From the NCBI GenBank assembly GCA_963813335.1, contig CAWEYL010000003.1, positions 1-64,000 on the forward strand: a stretch of DNA of 64,000 bases. Direction: 5' to 3'. Position numbers and translations under genes: made by a program. Under the pieces are notes generated by a model. The model made no database searches. It worked only from the letters and a program-made list of their open reading frames with translations, and was not told the DNA's origin. Position 1 is the first letter of the stretch. The number at the start of each line of letters is the position of its first letter. This document shows, piece after piece, positions 40,013 through 50,221 of this stretch. Source of the DNA: an uncultured Chloroflexia bacterium. GTDB taxonomy: Bacteria; Chloroflexota; Limnocylindria; Limnocylindrales; CSP1-4.

Positions 40013-41698
40013 TCAGGCCGGGGTGGCCACCCACGTGGGGAGCTCGCTGCGCAGGGTGGCCAGCGGCATGGAGCCATGGCCGAGGACCGCGTCATGGAAG
40101 GCGCGCAGGTCGAACGCCGACCCGTCGCGCGCGCCGATCTCGCGGCGCAGCGCCTCGATGGCGCGCTGGCCGATCTTGTAGGTCAGGGCCTGGCCGGGCC
40201 AGCAGATGTAGCGGTCGGTCTCGATCTCGGCGTCCGTCACCGACAGGCCGGCCGAGCGGAGGAAGTCCACCGAGCGCTGGCGCGGCCAGCGCAGCGCATG
40301 CAATCCGGTGTCGACCACGAGCCGGGCCGCGCGCCACGCCTGGGCGTCGAGCATCCCGAAGCGCTCGGCCTCGTTGCGGAAGAGGCCCATCTCGTCGGCC
40401 AGGCGCTCGCTGTAGAGGCCCCAGCCCTCGACATACGCCCCGCCGACGCTGCGCACGCCGAGGCGGCGGAACGGGATGAGGTTGGGGTTCTCCATCTCGA
40501 GGGCGATCTGGAAGTGGTGGCCGGGGACCGCTTCGTGGTACGTCGTCGAGCCCAGCTTCGAGTACTTGCGGCTCGGCAGGTCGTAGCCGTTGGCGTAGTA
40601 GATCCCCGGCCGCGAGCCATCGGCCGCCGGCGGGAAGTAGTAGGCGAACGGCGCGTCGCGCTCCTTGTACTCCTCGACCGCGCGGACCTCGCAGGCGGAC
40701 TTCGGCAGCACGCCGAAGTACCGCGGCGCGATCGCCATGGCCCGCTCGATGTCCTCCTCGGCGCGGCCGACGAGCTCGGCCTTGGTCGACGGGGTGTTCT
40801 GAGGGTCGTCGTCGAGGGCGGCGCGATATGCGGCCGTGTCGTCGCCGAACCCGGCGGCGGACGCGATCTCGCGGCGCTCCTCCTCGATCGACTCGAGCTC
40901 CTCGAGGCCGATCCGGTGGACCTCCGCCGGGTCGAGCTCGAGGGTGGTCCAGCTGCGGATCTGGGTCCGGTAGATGGTGTCGCCGTCGGGCGCCGACCAG
41001 ATGCCCGGCTCCTCGCGACTGGCGTAGCGGTACTCGCCGCGAAGCGTGTCGAGGAAGGCGGCGTCCGCGGGCACGACCACGTCGCGCACGATCTCGCGGA
41101 TCCGCTCACGGTCCGCCTCCGATGCCACCTTGACCATCGACGGGACGATGGCCTGATCGATCGGGACGGCGAGCATCCGCTCGATCTGGGCGATGGTCCG
41201 CTCGGTGACGATGCGCGGCGCGGTCAGGCCGGACGCCAGCCCGTCGCGCAGCAGCTGGGCGTTGGCGGCCATGAAAGTGGGATAGGCATGCAGCCGGGCC
41301 ACGAACGCCTCGAAGCGCTCGGGGGTGTCGGCGGGCTGGAACTGGGTCAGTTGCGGCAGCAGCTGCTGCGGCCCGCCCATCTGGTCCACGACCCTGAGCT
41401 GCTCGAGGTGCTGCTGGTCCTCCTCCAGGTGGAGCGCGGCGATGACCAGCAGCATGTCGCGGGTGATGCGCGCCTCCGTCGGCAGGCCGTCGATCGGGAT
41501 GGCCTCGGCCTCGGCGGCCGTGCGCTCCATCAGCGAGCGGAGCGCCGCGCGGCCGTCCGGCCCCGGGTCGGGCAGCCGGTCCGCGTAGCGCGGGTCGCCG
41601 TAAACGGTGGCGATCGTCGGCTCGAGGGCGAGGGTCGCCTCCCAGTAGCGGTCGGCGAGGTCGTCGACGGGTGCGGCGAGCGGATCGGTCGATGCCAC
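40013..41698 (-). CDS. DUF885 family protein (putative metallopeptidase)
   Basis: HEAVPGHHFQ, YVEGWGLYSE, WRAARLVVDTGLH, PGQALTYKIG, FHDAVL; GTG start with AGGAGG RBS. Confidence 0.92.
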   Translation of the reverse strand: MASTDPLAAPVDDLADRYWEATLALEPTIATVYGDPRYADRLPDPGPDGRAALRSLMERTAAEAEAIPIDGLPTEARITRDMLLVIAALHLEEDQQHLEQLRVVDQMGGPQQLLPQLTQFQPADTPERFEAFVARLHAYPTFMAANAQLLRDGLASGLTAPRIVTERTIAQIERMLAVPIDQAIVPSMVKVASEADRERIREIVRDVVVPADAAFLDTLRGEYRYASREEPGIWSAPDGDTIYRTQIRSWTTLELDPAEVHRIGLEELESIEEERREIASAAGFGDDTAAYRAALDDDPQNTPSTKAELVGRAEEDIERAMAIAPRYFGVLPKSACEVRAVEEYKERDAPFAYYFPPAADGSRPGIYYANGYDLPSRKYSKLGSTTYHEAVPGHHFQIALEMENPNLIPFRRLGVRSVGGAYVEGWGLYSERLADEMGLFRNEAERFGMLDAQAWRAARLVVDTGLHALRWPRQRSVDFLRSAGLSVTDAEIETDRYICWPGQALTYKIGQRAIEALRREIGARDGSAFDLRAFHDAVLGHGSMPLATLRSELPTWVATPA

Positions 41699-41815
41699 GG
41701 TTCTCGGATCCTCCTGGGTACGGGCGCGCGCGTCAGGCGTCGGCAAGGGCCACCGGGGACGACAGCGTACCGCGTGCGGGACGGCCGCCATGTCGGCTGC
41801 GAGACACTCGTCGGG

Positions 41816-44646
41816 TCAGCCGCCGAAGAGCGGCATCTGGTCGCCGCGGCGCTCGATCATCGGGTCGAGGCCGAGGAGCGGCTCCAGATCGGCCAGGTCC
41901 GGTTGCTCGGCGGCGAGGAACCGGCCCAGGTGGTTCGACTTGATGATATTGAACCCGCCGTTCTCGAGCGCGGCGCGCAGCAGCGGCGAGCGGTCCAGCT
42001 TGTAGCGGACCAGCTCGGTCCGCTCGGGCGCGATGACGAGGAAGCGCACCAGCGAATCGTCGGCCGGGATCCGGTCGTGGCGGCGCAGCAGCGGCTCGCC
42101 CAGCATCGCGGTCCACTCGACCTCCCACAGGAGCGCCACCTTGCCGCGGATGTACCAGATGCAGTCGACGTCGCCGAGCTCCTCCGACGCCCGGCTGATG
42201 CCGCCCAGGTAGGCACGCTGCTCGCGGCCGTCGAGCCGGTCGCCGAGGAGCTCGCCATCGATCCGCCGCGTCTGCTCGCGGCGGGCGAGCCAGATGCGCA
42301 TCCCCAGGCGGTGGCCGGCGTCGGCGAGCTCGGCCAGGAGCGCGGTGTGCTCGTGGCTGCGCCGCAGGAGGTCCTCGCCGGTGACCAGGCGGTCCGGGGT
42401 GCTGGCCATGCTGCGGTAGCTCTCGAGGCAGGCGCGGACGAGCCCCTCGTCGGGCAGGTCGTGACCGGTGAAGAGGGTCGGCGATCCGGTCGAAGAACGC
42501 CAGCTCCGAGAGCGGGCCCGCCGTCGAGAGCAGGCTGAAGACCGCCCATTCCACGCGGTCGGCGAGCGGGACCGCGGCAGCCTCGCGGTCGGCCGGGTCG
42601 CCCAGCCACCAGCGGCCCGGCTCGATCTCCTGGAGGCGGGCGTTGGTCGGCCGGCTCATCTCGTCGCGGACCAGCGCCAGGAGCCGGTCGACCGGATCCG
42701 GCGCTGGCTTGCGGGCGCTGGCGATCCGGGGCGGGGCGACCGGCTCGCTCGGCGGGGCGCCGGCGGCTCGTTCGGCGGACCCGTCCGGTCGGGCGGGACC
42801 GGCGGTCCAGGTGCCGCCCTCGCCGGGCTCCGTCGCACCCGGGCGGTCCTCGTTCGGTGGCTCGGCGAGCGCGGTCGCCGTCCCGGGGGCCCCGATCTCC
42901 TCGTCGGCCGCGGGCTCGAGCGTCGCGAGCCGGCGGAGCTGCCCGGCGCGGTCGAGGCCGACGAGCACCTCGCCGAGCAACCGCTCGTAGCGGGCCGGCT
43001 CGCCGCGGGCGCGCAAGGTCTCGACCGCGACCTCGGTCACGGTCTTGGCCGCCTCGGCCGGCGAGAACGGCCGCTGGTCGAACCGCTCCGGCGCGGAGAA
43101 GAGGCCGGGGCCCGGGACCAGGTCGGGGTCGCCGGACCCGCCCGGGATCGGCGGGAGCGTCACATTCCCTCGCGTCCGCGGCGCCGGCGGCCGGGCGGCG
43201 CCCGGCGGCAGGAACTCGACGGACCCGCCGATGTCGTCGTCGCCGTCCGCCAGCCGTGCGCTGACGAGCCGGTAGCCGGCCCCGGCGCCGCCCAGGACGG
43301 CCGCGGCGAGGGCCTCGGGGCCGCCGTCCACGAGGAAGACCGCCCGCCCGTCACGGGCCATGACCGGGGTCGTCGCCTCGAGGGAGCGCCCGATGGTCGC
43401 CGCCTGCCAGCTCCACGGCGGCCGCAGCGAGGTCCCGCTCAGCGCGTCGATCGGCAGCAGGACCGCGGCCTCGTGCCCGAGGACCCACGAGGTCGCGTGA
43501 TAGGCGGCCGACAGCCGCTCCATGCTCGGGCGGACCGGGAGCTGGCCGAGCACGAGCCGGAGCCGCGGCGCCGGCAGGCCGCGACCCCCGGGCGCGGGCT
43601 CGTCCTGGAGCAGCCGCAACCCCGAGGGGCTCGACAGCGCCAGGACCGCGGTGGCGGTCCCCTCCCCCAGGCTGCGCAGGTCCTCGCCGAGGCGCGCCTG
43701 CAGCGGGCCGAGGGCGCCGCCCTCGAGCCGCTGGACGAACCCGCGCACGAGACGGACCGCATCCTCGAAGGCGAGCCACGGGTTGCGCTCGCGCCACTCG
43801 TCGGCCGCGGGCAGCTTCACGTGGCCGCCGACGATCCGCAGCGGCGCCGTCCGCCCCGGCCCGAGCGTCAGGCGGCTCGCCGGGAGGATCGAGTGCAGGA
43901 AGGCGAGCCGCAGCGCCGCGAGCACGGGCGCGGCCCGCAGGTCGCTCTCGATCCGGTCGATGATCGCCGCCAGGCCCACCAGCTGGCGCGGCGTATGCAG
44001 GGCGAGCAGCTCGTCGACCAGGTCCTCGGCCCCGTGGACGGCCGGGAACCGGCTGCGCAGGCCCGCGCGGACCGCCTCGAGGCCGACATCGGCGTGGAGC
44101 CGGACGAGGTCCTCCTCGTCGAGCGGCGCCTGGCGCTGCTCGCTGCCGCCCCGCTGGTCGCGGCAGACCGTGCAGCGGTAGTGCCGGGCGACCGGTCGCG
44201 GCTCGGCCGCTGCGGAACCGGGCTCCGCGGTCGGGTCGACGGCCCACGAGATCTCGTCGATGACGAGCGTCCGCGAGCACGTCGCGCAGCGCGTGGCGTA
44301 CAGGTCGCCGAGGGAGACCTTGAGGCTCGACTCCCGGCGGGGCGACGCCGCCATCGCCCTGGAACGCGGCGTCGAGGTGGCGGACATCGGGCGGGCGCAG
44401 GACGACGTCGGCGAGGACGCGGGTCAGCGGGCTCGATTCGAGGGAGATCGCCCGGCGCTGCCGGTCGACGGCCGCGCGGGCCACCCAGCCGCCACGGCCG
44501 AACAGGTCGGCGACGACGTCACCGGCGCTCGAATACAGGTCGATGCGCGAGGCGACGAGGGCCGGTGGCGGTGGCGGCGCCGCTCGCTCGAACGCCGGGA
44601 GGGAGAACCCGGGCTCGTTGTCGGAGGGCGAGGCGCGGCCGCTCAT
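41816..44646 (-). CDS. ~940-aa degenerate DNA methyltransferase-like protein with Zn ribbon and C-terminal PD-(D/E)xK-like domain; frameshifts near 44358 and 42481
   Basis: VVADLFGRGG (motif I-like), CATC...CTVC, VLGQLP where DPPY is expected, C-terminal GMRIWLARREQ...DVDCIW...WEVEW; removing two single extra bases joins three ORFs. Confidence 0.65.
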
Positions 44647-44734
44647 CGGACGATGCTAGCGGATGGTCCGCGCGGGATGTCCAGTGCGATGGTCCGGTCC
44701 GGCGTAGCCCTCGCGGCCCGCCGGCTCGACGGCC

Positions 44735-45592
44735 TTACGGCTCGTCGAGCTCGTCCGGCTCCTCCTCGAAGGCCTCGTCCGTGGTCGATTCGGGCGGGAG
44801 CACGCGATCGAGGTCCTCGATCTCGTCGTCCTCGTCGTCGTCCTCGAGGTCCTCCTCGAGGTCCATCTCCTCGCGGACGAGGGTGCCCTTGGTGTACGGG
44901 CGCAGGTCGGTCGACTTGGCGGCGGTCGGGAAGCTGACCTTGCCGTAGTTGCGCGGGTCCTGGAAGACCTCGCGGATGATGATCCGCACGTCCTTGTCGC
45001 CGAGCGAGGTCACGCCCGCGGCGTACTTGTTGCCATCGGCCATGAGCTTGAGCAGGCGGGCCGCCACGCGCGGCTCGACCACGCCGATGCGCTTGCCGTT
45101 GCTGATCGCGATCAGGCGGTTGCCCTCGGGGATCAGCTCGACGTTGTCGCCCGGGTTGATCTGGGCCAGCTCGCGTGGCGTGGCGAGATCGGTCAGGAAG
45201 GCGAACCCGGTCTTGCCGGTCTCCTCGACGAAGATCGAGACCGGCGCCTTGCTGCCCTCCTGGGCCGGGACCGTCTTCTCGCCGGCGGCCACGAGGAGCA
45301 TCTTCAGCCGGTCGATGTTCCGTTCGGCGATCCGGTTGGTGGGGTCGAGCGCCAGCGCCGTCTGGTAGTGCTCGCGGGCCGAGCCGAGCTCGCCCAGCTC
45401 CCAGAGGGCCTTCGCGAGGCGGTTCTCCGCCTCGGCGTCCGGGCCGAGCTCGAGGAGCTTGCGGTTGGTGGCGGCGGCATCGGCCCACTGGGCCGCCGAC
45501 GCCTGGGCGATCGCCTGGTCCGCCAGCTGGCGCTTCGTGCGCGTGAGGTTGACGGGGCTCTGGGCCTGGGTCTCGACGTCGGGGAAGGTCAC
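44735..45592 (-). CDS. TPR + HIRAN-like domain protein with acidic tail
   Basis: AENRLAKA..ELG...AREHYQTALALDPTN; FVEETGKT; GDNVELIPEG..L.....GKRIG.V...AARLLKLM..GNKY; D/E-rich C-terminus. Confidence 0.8.
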   Translation of the reverse strand: MTFPDVETQAQSPVNLTRTKRQLADQAIAQASAAQWADAAATNRKLLELGPDAEAENRLAKALWELGELGSAREHYQTALALDPTNRIAERNIDRLKMLLVAAGEKTVPAQEGSKAPVSIFVEETGKTGFAFLTDLATPRELAQINPGDNVELIPEGNRLIAISNGKRIGVVEPRVAARLLKLMADGNKYAAGVTSLGDKDVRIIIREVFQDPRNYGKVSFPTAAKSTDLRPYTKGTLVREEMDLEEDLEDDDEDDEIEDLDRVLPPESTTDEAFEEEPDELDEP

Positions 45593-45774
45593 GAGGGCGT
45601 ACGTCCTTTCGGGGCGCGGCGGACCCGGGCGCGGGTCATCGGAGGGAGCGCGCGGCGGCCGCGGCGCAAGCAAGGCTTTCTACCACCGGGCGGCCGGGAC
45701 GTCAAACGTCCGGGTGGTCGGAGGTCGGTCTGGTGGGCGCCTGGCACGTTGCCCATCGGGACTCCTGCGGACCG

Positions 45775-45981
45775 GGCCTAACCGGGCAGGATGCTCATGA
45801 GGAGAACGTTAGGGCCGATCTCAGGAGCGGACCGGCAGGTCCGCCGATCCCCGACGTCCGCGCCGCGATGGATCCGTGCGTGAAACCGCTGGCGATCGCC
45901 GCTCCTGCCGGCCGGGTTCGCGCTCGGGCAAGGCCGGATCGGCCATAACGTTCTGCCGGTGAACGTCGTGCCGGGTCGGCC
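45775..45981. repeat. ~207-bp element with ~45-bp imperfect terminal inverted repeats
   Basis: AGAACGTTAGGGCCGATC (45803-45820) versus GATCGGCCATAACGTTCT (45937-45954), 17/18; inner CAGGAGCGG/CCGCTCCTG stem. Confidence 0.7.
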
Positions 45982-46046
45982 ACGTGGGCACGGGATCCGC
46001 GACCGGGCGCGTCCTGCGGCTGGGCCGCCCGGCGCCCGGTGCGCCG

Positions 46047-46895
46047 CTAGCCGCGGAGCAGCAGGTTCCAGGCGATCACGATGGCCCCGAGCACGGCCAG
46101 CAGCACGATCTGCCACAGCCAGGTGATGTCGCGGCGGCGCGCGGGCGAGGAGCCATGGACCGCATCCCACAGGTAGAAGGCAAGCGTGAGAAGCGCCGGG
46201 CCGATCAATCGCGGGATGGCCATCGCCCGGATGGCGGCAGCGCCGATCGCGATGGCGGCGGCATAGGTCAGCGCGGACCAGAAGGCGTCGCGCAGGTTGG
46301 TCAGCCGCAACGCCGCCGCCCGATATCCGAGCAGGAAGGCGATCACCGCGTCGCCCGCGGCCAGGATCAGGAGGCTGCCCTCCGGGATCGGCTTGGGGGT
46401 CGCGCCCGAGCCCACCGGTTGGGCGAGCCCGCCCGGGACGATCGCGGCGATCCCGGTGAAACCGATGAACGCCACGACCAGGATCGTGATGAGCACGGAG
46501 GTCCGGTCGGCGTCCGAGATCCCCTCGGGGGCGAGGTGGATCCGCGCCTCGAGCGCGAGCGAGCGCGAGACGAGGTACGCGGTGAGCAGCAGCGCCGGCG
46601 CCAGCCACAGGCCGAACGGGACCAGGCGGATCGCCCCGAGGCAGGCGACCGCGGACACCGAGGGCAGGATCAGCGACTCGATCGGCACGCCCGCCGCGGC
46701 CTCGGACGGCGGGAGCAGGTCCGCCAGCACCTGGAGCGTGCCGAACAGCATCGCGATCAGCAGCAGGACGGCGACCAGCCACAGTGCCGGCGGCTCGAGC
46801 AGGCGCGACAGCCCGACGATCGTCACCGCGGCGAGGGCCAGGTCGCGTCGGGCGTTCCGCTCGTCCATCGCCGGGATGGTACGCGAGGCGGTCAT
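46047..46895 (-). CDS. polytopic membrane protein of unknown function
   Basis: About 8-9 TM helices; ATGA overlap with the polX stop. Confidence 0.8.
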   Translation of the reverse strand: MTASRTIPAMDERNARRDLALAAVTIVGLSRLLEPPALWLVAVLLLIAMLFGTLQVLADLLPPSEAAAGVPIESLILPSVSAVACLGAIRLVPFGLWLAPALLLTAYLVSRSLALEARIHLAPEGISDADRTSVLITILVVAFIGFTGIAAIVPGGLAQPVGSGATPKPIPEGSLLILAAGDAVIAFLLGYRAAALRLTNLRDAFWSALTYAAAIAIGAAAIRAMAIPRLIGPALLTLAFYLWDAVHGSSPARRRDITWLWQIVLLAVLGAIVIAWNLLLRG

Positions 46896-48714
46896 GTCCG
46901 CTCCGGCTTCGAGCCCGCCCAGGCGAGCAGCGCGGCGCGATCGCGGGTGTTCACGACGTTCGCGGGCTCGACCCAGGCCCGCCGCGCCTGGCTGATCCCC
47001 CAGCGCACGTAGTCCAGCTCGTCGGTGCGGTGCGCGTCGGAGTCGATCGAGAGGAGGCAGCCGTCGGCGACCGCGCGACGGGCGCGCTCGACGGCGAGGT
47101 CGAGTCGGTGCGGCGAGCCGTTCATCTCGAGCGCGGTCCCGGTCCGCGCGGCCTCGGCATAGACCTGGTCCCACTCGAGGTCGAGGTCGTCGCGGGTGTC
47201 GATCATCCGGCCGGCGGGGTGGGCGATGACGTCGACATGCGGGCTGCGGATCGCGGTGAGCGTCCGCCTGGTCAGCTCGGCCCGCGGCTGGCGCCGGGAG
47301 ACGTGCAGCGAGGCGACGACGAGGTCGAAGCCGGCAAGCAGGTCGTCCTCGTAGTCGAGGTCGCCATCGGCGCGGATCTCCAGCTCGCAGCCGTGGAGCA
47401 GCCGGAAGCCGCCGGGCGGGGTCTCGGGGGCGCGGTCCCGGCCGCCTCCTCGGCGGCGAACCGCGCGTTCAGCGCGGCGATGATCTCGCGCTGCTCGGCG
47501 ACGCGCTCGGGCGTGAGCCCGCGGGCGATCGCCAGCGACTGCGAGTGGTCGGTCAGCACCTGGTAGGCGTAGCCGCGCCGCCGGGCGGCCTCGGCCATGA
47601 CCTCGATGGCGTGCGTCCCGTCGGACCAGTCGGAGTGGCTGTGCAGGTCGCCGCGCAGGTCGGCCAGGGCGATCAGTGCCGGCAGCCGACCGGCCAGCGC
47701 GGCCTCGATCTCGCCGCCGTCCTCGCGCAGCTCGGGCTCGATGAAGGGCAGGCCCAGGAAGGCGTAGGCCTCGGGCTCGGTCGCGACCGTGCGCAGCTCC
47801 GCGGCGTCGCCGGTCAGCGGCGCGCCGTCCTCGCCGATGCGCAGGAAGCCCTTCTCCGAGAGGCTCCAGCCCTGGTCGCGGGCCATCGCCCGCAAGCGGA
47901 CGTTGTGCTCCTTGGAGCCGGTGAAGTGGACGAGATACGTGCCGGCCTCGCCGGGCGGCATGATCATCAGGTCCACCTGCGGGCCGCGCAGCAGCCGGAC
48001 CGCGGCCTTGTAGCCGCCCTGGTTCACGACATGGTCGACGACGCCGAGACCCGTGAACCGCCCGATCAGGCTCGCCGCGTCGTCGGTCTCGGCGAGCAGG
48101 TCGAGATCGCCGATCGATTCCTTGCGACGCCGGAACGAGCCGGCGGGCTCGAGGCGGCGGACGCCCGGCGTGCTGGCCAGGGCCGCGATCATGTCGTCGA
48201 CGTAGCCCTCGGCCTTGTCGAGCAGCATCCGGCCCGGGTTCGCGTCGAGCCGGGCGATGCCCTCGAGCACGAGCACCTCGGTCCTGGCCGACATGCCGCG
48301 CAGGCCGCGCAGGCGCCCGCCCTCGGCGGCCGCGCGCAGCTCGTCCATCGAGGCGATGCCCAGCTCCTCGTGGAGCTGGCGGACGGTCTTGGGGCCGAGG
48401 CCCGGGATGCGCAGCAGGTCGACCAGGCCGGGCGGGATCTCGGCCTTGAGCCGCTCGTGGTACGCGAGCCGCCCGGTCGTGGCCAGCTCGGCGACCTTGT
48501 CGCTGATCGCAGCGCCGACGCCCGGGATCCGCGGCGGCGTGCCGGAGCGGTAGGCCGCGACGAGGTCGACCGGGCTGCGCCCGATGGCGTCCGCGGCGCG
48601 GTGGTAGGCGACGGTCTTGAAGACGAGCTCGCCCTTGACCTCGAGCATGTCGCCGATCTCGTGGAAGATCCGGGCGAGGTCGCCGTTGGTCAGCTCGGCG
48701 GGGTCGTCGGTCAC
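46892..48714 (-). CDS. polX: DNA polymerase X / PHP 3'-5' exonuclease; 1-bp frameshift in the G run at ~47426-47430
   Basis: IPGLGPKT HhH, AGSFRRRKESIGDLDLL, QVDL, HFTGSKEHNV, DLHSHSDWSDG, TDHS, IDSDAH. Confidence 0.92.
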
Positions 48715-48730
48715 GCCCCGATGGTAGCGG

Positions 48731-50134
48731 CTACGCGGCGACGACCCGGTTGCGGCCGGCCCGCTTCGCGCGGTAGAGCGCCCGGTCGGCCCGCTCGACG
48801 AGGTCGCCGATGGGCTCGTCCTCGTACTCGGCGACGGCGACGCCGACGGAGACCGTGACCGAGGGCAGGCGCAGCGCGGTCAGGTCGAGCCCCGCCACCG
48901 CGGCGCGGACGCGCTCGCCGACCTCGAGGGCGACCGCCGGACCCGGGTTGCGCAGCAGCACGACGAACTCCTCGCCGCCGTAGCGCGCCGGGACGTCATC
49001 GTCGCGGACCGCGCGGACGATGGACCCGCCGACCGCCCGCAACACCTCGTCCCCGACGCCGTGGCCGTGGCGGTCGTTGAGGGCCTTGAACCGGTCGATG
49101 TCGATCATCAGCACCCCGACCGCGTCCTCGGCCCGGCGACGGCGGGCCAGCAACGCGCAGAACTCGTCGAAGTAGCGGCGGTTGGGGAGCCCGGTCAGCG
49201 CGTCGGTCGAGGCGTGCAGCTCGGCGGTCCGCTGCGAGCCCGCCCGCGACATGGCGACGGACGCTTCCGCGGCGGCGCCCTGGAGCAGCCGCCTGGTGGC
49301 CTCGGGCCACGGCTCCGGCGAGCGGCGCGACAGCACGATCGCCCCGGCCATCCCGTCGCGGGCGATGAGCGGGACGGCGAGCGTGTTGCCGAGGCCATAG
49401 ACGCCGCGGACGCGGTCCGCTATCCGGTCCGCGATCGCCTGCGCGGTGAGGTCCGCGATCGTGGGTGCGGCGGCTGTCCGGGCGGGGCCGCGGTCGAGCC
49501 GCTGCGGGATGCCGCTGACCCTCGAAGCGAAGCCGCTCCAGCGGCTCCCGGCCCCCACCGGGACGCGGGCCTCCGCCCGGACGCCGGCCCGCTCGGGGAC
49601 GGCCGCCTCGACCTCGGCGACGATGGGGATCGCGACCGGCGTCCTGGCCCGGGTCGGGGCGTCCACCGGGTCGGACAGGTCCGAGATCGGGAGCAGGGTC
49701 GTCGACGGCGGCACACCCCGGCGGACGCTGATCAGCGTGGCCTGCAGGGCCCGCGCATCGGGGCGGCGCAGGGCGACCACCAGGTGGTCAGCGCCGCTTG
49801 CGGCGGCCAGCTCCTCGACGATGGCGCCGACGATCGCGTCCTCGGACACGGAGCGCGACAGCCCGGACATGATCCGCGCGAACGATTCGGCCTCGGCCCG
49901 ACGGCCCTGCTCGAGGGCGATGACGGCTTCGTGGTGGCGGAGCGCGGCCAGGCCGGCGATGGCGACGAGGCCCGCGACGATCCAGTCGAGGGGGCGGGCC
50001 TGCTCGGCGAGCAGCCGGAGGACGAGCAGGGATCCGAGGAGGGCGAACGTGCCGGCGAAGACCCACCAGGAGCGGCGGATCCGTCGGTCCGTCGTCGCTC
50101 CGTCACGACCTGGGCGCAGGTTCGGTTCGCTCAC
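48731..50134 (-). CDS. membrane-anchored GAF-like + GGDEF diguanylate cyclase
   Basis: Two N-terminal TM helices; DALTGLPNRR, DIDRFKALND..GH..GD, RDDD I-site, RYGGEEF. Confidence 0.9.
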   Translation of the reverse strand: MSEPNLRPGRDGATTDRRIRRSWWVFAGTFALLGSLLVLRLLAEQARPLDWIVAGLVAIAGLAALRHHEAVIALEQGRRAEAESFARIMSGLSRSVSEDAIVGAIVEELAAASGADHLVVALRRPDARALQATLISVRRGVPPSTTLLPISDLSDPVDAPTRARTPVAIPIVAEVEAAVPERAGVRAEARVPVGAGSRWSGFASRVSGIPQRLDRGPARTAAAPTIADLTAQAIADRIADRVRGVYGLGNTLAVPLIARDGMAGAIVLSRRSPEPWPEATRRLLQGAAAEASVAMSRAGSQRTAELHASTDALTGLPNRRYFDEFCALLARRRRAEDAVGVLMIDIDRFKALNDRHGHGVGDEVLRAVGGSIVRAVRDDDVPARYGGEEFVVLLRNPGPAVALEVGERVRAAVAGLDLTALRLPSVTVSVGVAVAEYEDEPIGDLVERADRALYRAKRAGRNRVVAA

Positions 50135-50221
50135 GTCGGATATGGAGGATGGCAGTCCCGAGGCGTCCCGTCCATCCCCCGAGTAGGACCATGGTCCCGG
50201 GTCGGGACCAGTACCTTCGTC

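Noticed and set aside
45803-45815. LexA box (GAAC-N4-GTTC) near repair genes
   Set aside because: The sequence is GAACGTTA, which does not fit the spacing; no convincing SOS box was seen upstream of polX, tag or the AlkZ-like gene.
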